Source of the DNA: the human T2T-CHM13v2.0 reference genome, Homo sapiens
Length of the DNA stretch: 64,000 bases
Reading direction: 5' to 3' (one strand)
Assembly: GCF_009914755.1 (NCBI RefSeq)
Contig: NC_060947.1
Below the pieces are notes generated by a model. The model was not told where the DNA came from. It saw only the letters and a list, made by a program, of their open reading frames with translations, and searched no databases. The first letter of the stretch is position 1; every line of letters starts with the position of its first letter. This document shows positions 45,065 to 57,349 of this stretch, one piece after another. Position numbers and translations under genes: made by a program.

Positions 45065-46075
45065 TCATCTCTCTAGATAACAGTTATTTAATCTTGTTTA
45101 TTCTTTTCCGAGAGCTATTTCTTGGCTACATTGATCCTTTCTATTGTTTTTGTACCTCAGTTTTATTCATTTCTTCTCCAATTTTAGTTTTTGTTTTCTT
45201 CTGCTAGCTTTGGCATTGGTTTACTCTTATTTTTCCACTTCCAGCAGGTACACATTTAAATTGTTAATTTGATATATTTCTAACTTCTTGAAGGCATTTT
45301 TCACTAGAAACTTTCCTCTTAATACTGCTTTAGCTGCATTCCAGGGATTTTAGTAAGTTGTATCCCTATTTTCATTAGTTTCAAATAAATTTTGACTTCT
45401 TCCTTAATTCAGATGTTCACCCAGGATTTATTCAGGAGCAAGTTTTTAAAATTTCCATGTATTTGGATAGTTGTATGGGATCTTCTTGATATTGATTTCT
45501 ATTTTATTGTACTGTTGTTCAAGAGTGTGTGTAGTGATAGTTTTTTCCTTTTTTAAAAAACTTTCTTCAGCCTCACTTTATAATTGAGAGTGTGGTGGAT
45601 ATTAGAATGTGTTTTGTGTATGGACAAGAATAATGTATATTCTGTGGTTGCTGGGTGGAGTGTTCTGTAGATGTCTATTAGGCCCAATTGTTCAAGTGTT
45701 GAAATTACGTCCAGAATTTATTTGTTAGTTTTCTGCCTCAATGATCTATCTAACGCTGCCAGTCAGGTGTTAACGTCTCCCATTATTATTGCTTAGTTTT
45801 CAGTCTTTTTGTGAAACTTGTTTCATGAATCTGGGTACTCCAATGTTGGGTGCATATTTATTTAGGACAGCTAAGTCTTCTTGTTGGATTGTACCATTCT
45901 TTATCATTATGTAATGACGTTTTCTGTTTTTGTTAATTTTTATGTGTTTAAAGTCTGTTTTGTATGATATAAGAATAGTGATTCTTGCTCTTTTTTGCTT
46001 TCCATTTGCTGCATGGTAGATCTTTCTTCGTTCCTTTACTTTGAACCTGTGGGTATCATTATGTATGAGATGGGT
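45065..46075 (-). mobile_element. L1P/L1PB ORF2 (EN-proximal) fragment
   Basis: 'aatgtatattctgtggttgctgggtggagtgttctgtagatgtctattagg...tgaatctgggtactccaatgttgggtgcat'. Confidence 0.85.
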
Positions 46076-46079
46076 GTCA

Positions 46080-46580
46080 TTATGGGGTAATCACTCTAGT
46101 CATTACATTATGATATACGGAACTCTGTTTTAGCAGATCGAAGAGAGATATTTGAAATGAGAGAGGTTATCCTGCTGTCTTTGGAGAAGCAAACAACTAT
46201 GTCGTGAACTGTTTACAGAGGGAGTCCTGTGGCAAGAACCTGAGAGTTGAGAGTGGTCCCTGGCTGACAACTACAAACCAAACAATCAAACATACAAACA
46301 ACAACAAAGGAACAACAACAAAAAAAAAACCTTTGGAACTTCTGTTCCATAACTTCAAGAAAAGGAATTCTGCGAACAACCAGAATGGGTTAGAAAGCAG
46401 TTCTGTTCTAGTCAAGCCTCCCAGTGAGGACACGGCTGACCATGAAACCCTGAGCACAAAACACAGATAAGCAATGGGTGAACTCATTATCCATGGGAAT
46501 TGTGTGATGATAGTAAGTTCGAGTGTTTGTAAGCCACTAAGTTGATGGTGACGTGTTACACAACAATGAAAAACAACTTC
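46080..46580 (+). mobile_element. MLT1E/F-like LTR
   Basis: 'gaagcaaacaactatgtcgtgaactg...ggctgacaac...aattctgcgaacaacc...taagccactaagtt'. Confidence 0.7.
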
Positions 46581-48021
46581 TGTCATAGCATTATTATGAA
46601 GATTAAATGAATAAAATATCTAAATCTACATAAGTGCCTGTCAAATGAAAAATGCAGAGCATTCAGGAAACTGAAAATGAAAAGTGCTATACCTGCAAAA
46701 AAACAGAGAGAGTAAGGAACAATATTGGGACAATTTCTTCAAAACTCAATCTTTAGTCCATATTATAGACTGCTTCTTTCAAGTTAAAGTGTACTGTGGT
46801 TACCTCCACACAGTTGCACTATAATTCATTCTGAATTAATCTGAAATGTATAATCTCCTCGGAAACTGCTTCAAATATATTTTTCCTTCACTCAATACCC
46901 ATTTAATAACACTGTGCTTTTCTTAAGATCCCTTTAAGCATTACAGTGCTATGTAAGATAATGCAAGTGGTATCATAGCTCTTCCAAAAATTTATTAAAG
47001 TTTTTATTTTGCCCTCCCATTATTCTTAGAATACAACACCTGTAGTGGTTTATGAGGTTGAGACTGTAAAACAAAATAATCAACATTTTAGCAATGATTT
47101 CAAGCTGCTACATGAACAATGAATCACCAAAGTTGCCAATTTTACAAGATAAAATAAAGATGTTTTATACAATCAAAGTTTATGCTCCTGGTGGCAGCCA
47201 ATTTATTGTTTTATTTAGAAAGATTAACATCTAGCTATTGTAAGCTAGGTATATTTTGAAATGTGTGTCACATAGATATTGATTTATATAGATTAAGAAC
47301 ATTGAAACATGTTATTCTTTTTTATTGTTACAAAATCAGGTTGGAGTGTTTTGCACTCATTTTCATTGTTGTGTCATATGAAATTGAAAGTTTGCCATTG
47401 AGAAAAGAATTAGTTCACTAGGGCTCATTATATTTCTACATTCCCAACATTAGAAAATAATTATGTGATATATCCCATATAATAATTTTAATTCTACTCA
47501 GTTTTCTAAATTTAGAACATGTCTTACATCATATCTTCTTGTATAATATAACTTTTGTTGCCTAGTCTGCAACTACCAATGTTTGTGTTTAATCAGCCTG
47601 TGCTGTGTTTTTTTTATAAGTACTTTTTATTCTGTGGTTGGCTCCATGCTGAAAGGAGAGTTCACCTGGCAGAAATCCTCACCCTGCTTGATTAATGATG
47701 TTTATATATTCAATGGCATACAATGTAGTAGGTATGCATATATCTAAGCATATTCAATAGAAGAACAAAAAAATCTTACATGACATTTATTTACCAGAAT
47801 GGTAATAAATTCAGTTTTGTTTTTTGAGAGCCTACCTTTCTGAAATTTCCTGAGAATATGAAGTACTTGATGTACAAAACCCCTGAAAAAAATATCTAAT
47901 TTTGAACATATTATGTAAACTGCTGAGGTGCATATAGTCAAAGTCTGCGTGGTCTATTGATAGCCTGAGAATTCCATCCTCTTCATTAGTACAGGGGTTT
48001 TTTATCCACAAATTCCAAGAC

Positions 48022-48665
48022 TCATGTTGCCCTATTGTATTGTGGCTGATCTGGTATCCAGGGTACAAGATAAAGAAGTCCCCTTTTCTCTTAGCTCTCT
48101 TCTCCTCAGGTGGAAGGAAGGCATCTCTTTTGGAGCCGCAAGCTGTGCAGACTGTGGTTGGGGGAAGGATGGTGCAAGCACTCCCTTAGCTGCCCTGGCT
48201 GGTGTCACAGTAGGTCATGTGCCCTCCCAGTCCATTGGCTCTGAGCCCAGCTCAGCACTAGGACTTGCCCAGGAATTGCAGTCCTTGTGACCTAAACTAC
48301 CTTTCAAGTTTATGTAGCCCTGCAGCCCAAGGTGGTGAGGTGTGCAGGAAATCAAGTTCCACCCGCTGGGATAGGAGACTACCCTCTGGCTAGGGCCAGT
48401 TCTAATGCGCCCTCTGTTGATGGTCATCAACTAAGTACAGGCAGGTGATTTTTTTCATTATGACCGAGCAGCACTGAGTTCAATGCAAAGTCTCACAATC
48501 ACTGTATTCTCACTCCCCAAGCACAAATACTCTGTGTCATGCAGCGGTTTCCAGGGGATGGTGCTTATGAAGGTGCGTTTCTGTGTAGACAGTTGTTAAA
48601 ATTTGGTGTTCCTGCGGGGGGATGATCAAGGAAACCTTCTATTCTGCCTTCTTGTTCCACCCCTT
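48022..48665 (-). mobile_element. L1M1/L1MA 5'UTR region
   Basis: 'gtggctgatctggtatcca...gcaagcactcccttagctgccctggctggtgtc...gcactgagttcaatgcaaagtc...ccttctattctgcc'. Confidence 0.7.
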
Positions 48666-48669
48666 CTGA

Positions 48670-49625
48670 TAAATTTCTGAATTGCATTGCTGTGTTATCT
48701 TGAAGATCACTGAGTTTCCTTGAAACTACTATTTTGAATTTTTATTCAGAGAACTCACATATCGTTGTCTCATTATTGTCAGTTACTGGCTCTTTGCTTT
48801 CTCTGTATGGAACCATCATGCTTTCCTGTTTGCTGTTATTTCTCATGGTTGTACGTATATATCTTTGCATTGAAGGATTAGTCAATTATTCTAGTCTTAT
48901 CTGTCTGGCTTATTTTAATTTCTATTAGATATGTTTGCTTAGAGGTTTTTTGCTGTTAGATAACAGCCCCTTTTTGGCTCTTAGGTGGCACCTTAAGCCC
49001 AGAATCACCTCAGCTCTAGTAAGCTATCTGAGTGAGTTCTTTCCTTCCAGAATGAAGGAGGTACCCAAAAGAATGTTTTGGCAGTGTGAGGAGGCTGGCT
49101 AGAGGTTCTTGCCCAGGGAACCTGCGGGACAAACCTCCCACAGTGTGGCATTGCTGGGCAGTCACTCTGATTTGGTGTGTCCTTTGGCCAGGTTACAAAG
49201 TAGAGTTTATTTGGCTGAGCCTGGTAGTCCTGCCTCTTCCTTTGTCTCTATCTATCTTCAGGGATAATTCTTCCTTCAGACACTCTGATGCTTCCTGTGG
49301 GTTAAAGCAAGTACAAGATGGTGGAAAAGCTAGCAGTCCACCTCAATCCCACTTGTTCCAGGGTAGAAAGAAAGAGTGAGTTGATGAAAATTTTCTGCCT
49401 GCTTGGTGCCAGGCAGAATGAGGGAAGGGCATGACAGATGTGGAAGTATGATTCTCTTACCATCTACAAGGAATGTTTGTTTTCACTTCTCTGTGCCCCA
49501 AGAACTGTCTCACCTTCATATTTGAGTTTTGATGTATTTCTGGCTGTATCCTAGGGACTGCATTTTTTGTTGGTTTTATTACTGGAGGGAGTTTAGCCAG
49601 CTTGCTACTATGCCACAATGTTTCT
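48670..49625 (-). mobile_element. Older L1M (L1M2-like) ORF1/5' region
   Basis: 'aaatttctgaattgc...tcactgagtttccttgaaactactattttgaatt...ggtggcaccttaagcccagaa'. Confidence 0.55.
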
Positions 49626-49949
49626 AGTCAAATTTTATATGTGTCTGGAAATACAAGTAGAATTATATTTTCTCTCTCTTTTTATAATCCTTTCATAATT
49701 CATAAATTTTCTTTTGTGTCTGGATTTCCAATGTGAAAAAATTTATTCAAAGGAAAATTCCATGACACCTATTATTTGGTTGCTAAATGATCCAATTTTT
49801 CCATGAATGTTAATGTTTTTTGCCTGTCTGTCTTTGTTGAGAGAGTAAAATAAGTAGAGGGGCTTATAATCTCAATTAAAGCAAAAGAAATAATGGTTAT
49901 TACCTAATTGCATATGAAATACATAACCAGACTTTTTTTATTACCCAGA

Positions 49950-50314
49950 CTTTTAAAATTTTACAATTATTCACATCTTCATTATGTAGACTTTCTGGAT
50001 TAATAAAAAAAAAAAATCTTCCTTTCTCACTCTGCCCTTTACAGACAGACTTAACCGCCAATTACATTTTCCTCTCTAGGTTCAGCTCCCAAAACTATTT
50101 GGTCTTGGCAAATAATGACATAATATTAGGTAGTCTTTTAAAATTTTACAATAATTCTCATCTTCAATATGTAGACATTCTGGATTAATAAAAAAAATTT
50201 ACTTTCTCACTCTGCTCTTCACAGACAGACTTACTGCCAATTACATTCTTTTCTCTAGCTTCAGCTTGCAAAACTATCTGGTCTTGGAAAATAATGATAT
50301 AATATTAGATTGTC
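49950..50314. repeat. Tandem duplication, 2 x about 185 bp
   Basis: 49950-50134 versus 50135-50314 ('cttttaaaattttacaa...acagacagactt...ggtcttgg...taatattag'), roughly 10% diverged. Confidence 0.93.
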
Positions 50315-51288
50315 CATTCACATATAATTCAATATTTCTATGATGTATTTCTATATTTGTGTGTGTTATTTCTACATCTATTGAATATTATAGACGATTT
50401 CAAAAATTATCTGTAGGGAAAGAGTTGTACTGGAACTCATGTGGCAAAACTGAGATAGAATCGTCTACTACTTTTCTTCTAGTCCTTAAGAATAGAAATT
50501 TCAATATATATCTTAGCATAATTCTATGCATATTTGTGCCCTTAAGAAGTTCTACGTTTGATTATCAGGCAACAATCAGTGTACTGTTTTTTTCATCTTC
50601 TAAAGATATTATCTCTACTCTATGTTGACTTCACTATACATGTACTCTGTTACACGTTTTTTGAAATCATTGTCCAGCTAATTTTACTATAACAAATTAA
50701 ACTTTGTTATACAAATGAACTGAGAATAACTAGGTAGTGAAGGTAAAAGAGAAAGAAATGCAAAGTGTTATCATATTACATGAACTTTATTCCAACTGTG
50801 ACCAGTATTTGCTTGGTTAATTAAATGATGGTTGGAGCAGATCATTATTTTGGAAGTATATAAGTTAAACGTTCTTTAAAAAGTAAAAAACATATAGATG
50901 TACATCAATTTGCCAATCTTTTGAAATAGGCTGAGGCCTTTTTCTCTTGAATATGCAACCAAGTTTTATTCCTGATTGTATAAATCTCAGCCAAATGCAA
51001 AGAATACTATTTTCAGTTTCTGCTCCTTTAAATGGAACTTAGAGACTTGTATAGAAAGCTGGGTATGGAACACTTAAAGAGTTTTATATTTTTACCCAAT
51101 ATTTTATACTTTTCTTTCCCCACATTTAATTTGACAGCAACTTGTTTTGACTTTCATAGAGTCTTCTCAAAGTACTGCTCTTGTTTTTAATAGCCATAAC
51201 ACTAGTTTTAAAAAATCATATTTTTCAATTTACGTAATATTTAATTAAACTAGGTAATTACAATAATAAACATAAGTAGTATACACAG

Positions 51289-51647
51289 TGTTTTAGTCTG
51301 TCTGAGCTGCTATAACAAAAACACCATAAACTGAGTAGCTTGCAAACAACAGAAATTCATTTCTCACCGTTCTACAGGAGGGGTAGTCAAGATAAGTTGA
51401 TGGCAGATTTATCGTCAGGAGCGGGCTCTCTTCCTAGTTCATAGAGAGTGATTTCTCACTGTGTCCTCACATGGTGGAAAGCTCCCAGGGATCTCTTTTA
51501 TGAGGACACTAATCTCATTTCTGAGGGCTCTGCCCTCATGATCTAATCACCTCTGAAAATCACCACCTCATAATACTATCATCACTTTGGGGGTTAGGAT
51601 TTCAGCATATAAAATTTGTGGGGGACACAAACATTCACATAATAGCA
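51289..51647 (-). mobile_element. MLT1A-like solo LTR
   Basis: 'tgttttagtctgtctgagctgctataacaaaa...ctgtgtcctcacatggtggaa...ggggacacaaacattc...agca'. Confidence 0.82.
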
Positions 51648-51716
51648 AGCAGGCTCTGAAATAAATACAGTTAACTCTCAGAAAGCATATAATTCAGTTG
51701 TTGGGGGTTATGTGCT

Positions 51717-51894
51717 TTGTTACAAATGATGATGCACTGGTAGGTGCCAGGGTGCCATAGTCACTGTCCACTGTATCGGAAGGAAGAAGGATACATGAAA
51801 TCTGATGAGGAAGTTCAATGGCCTTAACAGCAGTTGGGACAGCCAAAAGTGAGAAAAAATTGTGGGGAGGAGGTAGATGGAAAGAAGAAACTTC
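51717..51894. repeat. Copy A of a 178-bp dispersed direct repeat
   Basis: Ungapped match to 52456-52633 with about 17 mismatches (hand count). Confidence 0.93.
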
Positions 51895-52455
51895 TTTGAC
51901 AAAGGAAAAATAGATACTTTTATATAAATATATACATAGACATTTGTTACTTTATATTTCTAAGAGTATCCAATCAAGTGAAATCCCAAAATATCTGCTC
52001 TCACGCAGGCTGTGATCTGAAGGGATTTTTTTCCTAAGAAGTAATATCCCTGATGGGTTCATTTTCTAATCTGAGCTTGAATTAATTACCTTAAGCATTT
52101 TCAGAAATAGTCCTAAAATATATTTTTGCAAAGATGCTATTGAAGTTGTACTGTGTAACTAGAGACAAATATAGAAAATTGACAGCCTAACTTTCTCTTC
52201 TGCTTTTTCATTAGTGTGTCTTCCGAAGTCCAAAAACAGAAATAATGAAAGCAATAACACTTGGTTCTACAAAAGGTATGACATATTGAATGAATGAAAT
52301 ATTTCCACAGCTTATTTTTGGGATGTGAGCTATACTTTCATTTTGCCCACCTAATAGCATAGTTCTTTGGGAATTCTTATCAGAATTAAGGACTCTTTTG
52401 AAATGTTTCCATCATTAAAATATGCCTTTAAAACTCCCTATTAGTCAATTTACAG

Positions 52456-52633
52456 TTGTTACACATGATGGTGCACTGGTAGGTGCCAGTGTGCCATAGT
52501 CACTGTCCGGTGTATCAGAAGGAAGAAAGATACATGTAATCTGACGAGGAAGTTCAGTGAGCTTAACAGCAGTTGGGACAGCCAAAAGTGAGAAAAATAT
52601 GTGGGGAGGAGGTAGGTGAGAAGAAGAAACTTC
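52456..52633. repeat. Copy B of the 178-bp dispersed direct repeat
   Basis: Matches 51717-51894; TTACAGTTG present on both sides. Confidence 0.93.
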
Positions 52634-53133
52634 CATTTCTACTATTTATTTCTATTTCTACTTACAGTTGACTAACCATACCATGTACTAATCACACAGT
52701 ATACTAAAAATACACCAATAGAAATTATATTCAATAAGATGCTTTCTATTTTTAGCAAGCAGATGATTGTTTTGAAATTGAAGCTTGCTTTTATTATATA
52801 AAATGTCCATGCTTTAAAATAATTCAGTTCCTTTAAAATGTTATCAATCTTTCTAGAACACACAATCCCAGAGACACCCTCCCACTACCAAAAATTATAA
52901 ATGGTCAATTTTCTTTTGAGGGACCATGATACAAGATCACACACATTCAGAACTGAAATTCATTTTTACCCAGCTTATATACCAGCATGCTATCTATTTT
53001 AAGTGGCCAAAGTAGCAATGCCTACTTCTGCTGTGGCTGATACCAGTTTTCTATCTTTTAGCTATAGGATGCAGTCACCTTCGCTCTGGTCTCATTACCA
53101 TGGCCATGAGAGAATTTTCAAAAGAACATCATT

Positions 53134-53196
53134 CTATCTATCTATCTATCTATCTATCAATCATCTATCATCTATGTATCTATCCATCCATCCATC
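53134..53196. repeat. (TCTA)n/(TCCA)n microsatellite
   Basis: Direct inspection. Confidence 0.9.
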
Positions 53197-53630
53197 CTGG
53201 AAGTATATTTTGCCTTTGCAATGTCATTGGAAGTTTTCAGAGAATATGGTGTCGTATTTGTGAATTAGAAATACAGGGTCCAGCAATAAATTTAATGAGT
53301 TTTCATTCTCATTTATGATTAATTTAATCTGGACCTCAGAAGAATTTTGGCAGATGCTGATATCAGCCCATTTCTAAATAACTGGTTTGTAAGCCTGTAT
53401 ATTGGACAGGGCATTCATTCTCATTGAAACACCTTTGTGTAAAATTTTAAAATTGAATGCCACTTTTCCCTAGCGAAGTACAATTTCTGTTCCTTTGTCA
53501 GTGTTATCACCACAGTTGCACAAGTCTTGAAATAGTAAAATGGCTTAAATCCCTGGTAGTGTGCCAATAAGAGCATTAATGTTGCTTTTCTATGGGCCAA
53601 GAAAAATCGATGGCTATTTTCAGGTGTATC

Positions 53631-53663
53631 TGTGTGTGAGTGTGTGTATGTGTACATACATAT

Positions 53664-53734
<71 letters not shown>
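53631..53734. repeat. (TG)n-(CA)n compound microsatellite
   Basis: A TG tract followed by three CA tracts interrupted by TATA. Confidence 0.95.
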
Positions 53735-54075
53735 TTTTTCCTTTCTGGTAAATATATGACGCTTTACCTTAAATCATATTTAAAATCCCAGTATACTTCC
53801 TGCTATGTTTTTTTTTTTTTAAGCCTCTAGGTTAAAAGCAACATTTCCTTGAGGTACACACACAAACATACTGTTACAGAAATAAAGTTTTTAGGACAGT
53901 GTCATTACCTGTACCCTCTGCAGTATTACTACTAGTAATTTCAGCCACCGCCTTATTTTCAGTTACCTTGGATTTAAAACATTATGCACTTATCGAGCTG
54001 TAGGAAGTAATTGATAGGTTTGATTATTATAACAATCATGACTAATTGAGAATCACAAAACTATACTTGTTTTAC

Positions 54076-54257
54076 TTCTTTTTTTTATTATACTTTAAGT
54101 TTTAGGGTACATGTGCACAACGTGCAGGTTTGTTACATATGTATACATGTGCCATGTTGCTGTGCTGCCCCCATCAACTCATCATTTACATTAGGTATAT
54201 CTCCTAATGCTATCCCTCCCCACTCCCCCCACCCCACAACAGGCCCTGGCGTGTGAT
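54076..54257 (-). mobile_element. L1PA4/5-like 3'UTR fragment
   Basis: 'ttattatactttaagttttagggtacatgtgcacaacgtgcaggtttg...ccccacaacaggccc'. Confidence 0.9.
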
Positions 54258-56055
54258 AATGCTAAATCATCTTCCAAAGTGGTTGTAGCAATTTATCCTC
54301 CAATCAATAGTGTGAGATTTCATTTTGATCTGCATTCTAGACAATTTCAACGTATTTCAACTTTTGCTAAGTCTGTAGGTATTTAGTGATGTAACTTTAA
54401 TTTTAATTATCTGAATATTAATGATGCATAAGGCCTATTCCTGTGTTCATTACTATTTTGGATTTACTTGCTTGTGAAGTGGCCACTAAAATTCATATCC
54501 TTTTTCTGTTGGGTTTTCTTTCTTTCTTTCTTTTTACTGATTTGTATCTTTTGCAAAAATATTTCGGATACAAAGTCTTTGTTGCTTATAGGTTCTGGAA
54601 GTATTTCGCTCATTCTGTGCTTTTTAAACTATTCTCTGTGTGGCATTTTTGGTAAATGTAAGTTGGTTTAATGTGGACTTTTTTCCCCCTTTTTTATTGT
54701 ATGTGTTCCTATGTTTTATTTAAGAAACTACCTAATGGTCATGAATATATCAACTTTCATTTTCTTTTAAAAGCCTTATAGTTTTGCCTTTGACATTTAG
54801 GTCTATAACTCAACCGGATTCATATTTGTATGTGGAGTGAAGTGGGCATATACATTCATATTTTTCAAAATGAATATCTAACTATCTCAGCTTGAGTAAA
54901 GTGAACATCTTTGCTAATGGTTCTTCAATTAAAATTCAAATATGCATATATGCATGGGTCTTTTTCTGGGCTATCTGTTCTTTCCATTGATTTATTTCTG
55001 TAAACATGTTACATTTTCTTAATTAGTATAAGCTTTTATTAAATCTTCAAGCCTATACTAGAAGAAGTTCTACTTATTTTTCTTCTTTAAGATTGTCTTA
55101 GGTGGTAGCAGACATTTGAATTGCAATATGTTATAATCAGAATTTCAAGGTTAAAAAATATTGGGAGTTTTATTGTAATCACACTGACTTAAAAATTAAT
55201 TTAGAGATAAATGACATTTTTACAGTATTGTCTCTTCCAAATTAGCATTTCTAATCTCTATTTATTTAGGCGCACCTCACTTGGCAGATCAATATCTTCA
55301 CATTAGTTTAGTTTACATCAGAATCTCAGCATCAGTTTACCAATTTCCCCCAAAATAATCTGCTCTGAGTTTTATTGCAACTGTAATAAACCCTTAGGTT
55401 AATTTTTAAATAATTGATGTCTTTACCAAATTTTTTCTGAATCTAAAAGCATGGTATATTCTTCTATTTATATTTGCGTTCTTTACTTAAAATAGTCTGT
55501 TCTTTTCAGTTTTTGGGTTATAAATCTTACAAATCTTTATAGTATTAATTCTTAAATATTTAGTGTCTGTTGATACTAAATTGCATATTTTAAAAATATT
55601 ATTTTAATATATTTTTCTTACATAAAGAATACAATTGCTTTTGTGTTTAACTATGTATCCAGTAACCTTAAGTCTACTATGTTACTATAAATGACATTGC
55701 CACATATACGTGAGCCATAAATGATAATACACAGTTTATAAATGTGTAATATGTAAAATATAAACTAATAATATAACATATAGCATATAAGCTACATTAT
55801 AATTTTAGAAGATGATTTCAAGTAATGACATCTTAATTTTTATTTCCAATTATTCTGCCTTTTATTTCCTTTATCTCCAGTAAAGAATTGAATATGAATG
55901 GTGATAACAGGCAGTCCAGTCTCCTTGACCTCAAGGGAAGCATTTGAATATTTAACTATTGAAAATTATATCTCCTATAAATTTTTATAGATATCCATTA
56001 TATTTAAACATCCCCTCTTGATTTCTCAATTGCCAATAATTTTATTATGAATAGG
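54258..56055 (-). mobile_element. Ancient L1ME fragments
   Basis: 'ttccaaagtggttgtagcaattta...gacatttaggtctat...atggtgataacaggca...gacctcaagggaag'. Confidence 0.6.
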
Positions 56056-56074
56056 TTCATTCACTCATTCTTTT

Positions 56075-56460
56075 CTCAAAGTTCTCTATTTCAGTTAAAG
56101 GAGCCATTATCTATCCATATATGCATGCCTGAAATCTAGGAACTATCTTTGCAACCTCCCTACATTCAGTCTTACATTATGTCTTACAGATGTTATCTCT
56201 TAAATATATCTCAAATCCATTCACATTCACATCTCTTTACTTCTACCACCACCACCTAGTCCAAGCCATCAAAATGTCTTGCTTGCATCAGTTTTCTGAT
56301 TCATTTTATAATTGTGCTTAAGTACAACAGATGCTTCACATTGCCCTCAATCGATCACACACGTACCAACACACGGTGATCTTTTAAAATGCAAATCTGA
56401 CTGTTACCCCCTTGCTTAAAACACCACACACCACGATGACTTTCTAAGAACTCTTAGTAT
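56075..56460 (+). mobile_element. L2 fragment
   Basis: 'ccaccacctagtccaagccatc...tgatcttttaaaatgcaaatctgactgttacccccttgcttaaaac'. Confidence 0.75.
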
Positions 56461-56473
56461 GTTATAAACTTCA

Positions 56474-56770
56474 GGCCAGGAGCCGTGGCTCACACCTGTA
56501 ATCCCAGCACTTTGGGAGGCCAAGGTGGGCAGATCATGAGGTCAGGAGTTCGAGACCAGCCTGGCCAATGTGGTGAAACCCCATCTCTACTAAAAATACA
56601 AAAATTAGCTGGGCGTGGTGGCATGCACCTGTAGTCCCAGCAACTTGGGAGGCTGAGGCAGAAGAATTCCTTGAAACCGGGAGGCGGAGGTTGCGGTAAG
56701 CCAAGATCACGCCACTGCACTTTAACCTGGGCGAAAGAGCGAGACTCTGTTTCCTGACCCCCCAAAAAAA
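56474..56770 (+). mobile_element. AluS (Sg-like), no visible TSD
   Basis: Full dimer 'gatcatgaggtcaggagttcgagaccagcctggcc'. Confidence 0.92.
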
Positions 56771-57313
56771 GTCTATTTAGATATTTGCTTGTTTATACGT
56801 CATATAATTTGTTTTGTTGCTATTTTGTTTCTATTTAATTGTTTGACCTCTCTGTATGTATATATCCTGTGAAGAAGTGTTTTAGCTTGATGCAATCTCA
56901 TTTATCTATTTTTCCTTTTGTCACCTGTGCTTTTAAGATCTTACATGAAATAATTTTGCCAAACTCAATGTCCAGGGGTATTTTACCAAGGTTTTCTTCT
57001 AGTAGTTTCATAGTTTCAAGTTTTATATTTAAGTCTATAATGTATTGTTACACTTGATGTTAGTATATGGTGAGAGAGAGGGGTTCAGTTTCATGCTTTT
57101 TGCATGTGGCAATCTATCACCACCATTTATTGAAGAGGGTGTCTTTTCCTCAATGTATGTTCTTGTTGGCTCTGTGAAAGCATAGTTGAGTGTAAATATG
57201 TGGCTTCATTCTGGGTTCTGTATTCTGTTTCATTAGTCTATGTGTCTATTTTAATACTAATACCTATGCTGTTTTGGTTATTATAGCCTTGTAATGTATT
57301 TTGAATAATATAC

Positions 57314-57349
<36 letters not shown>

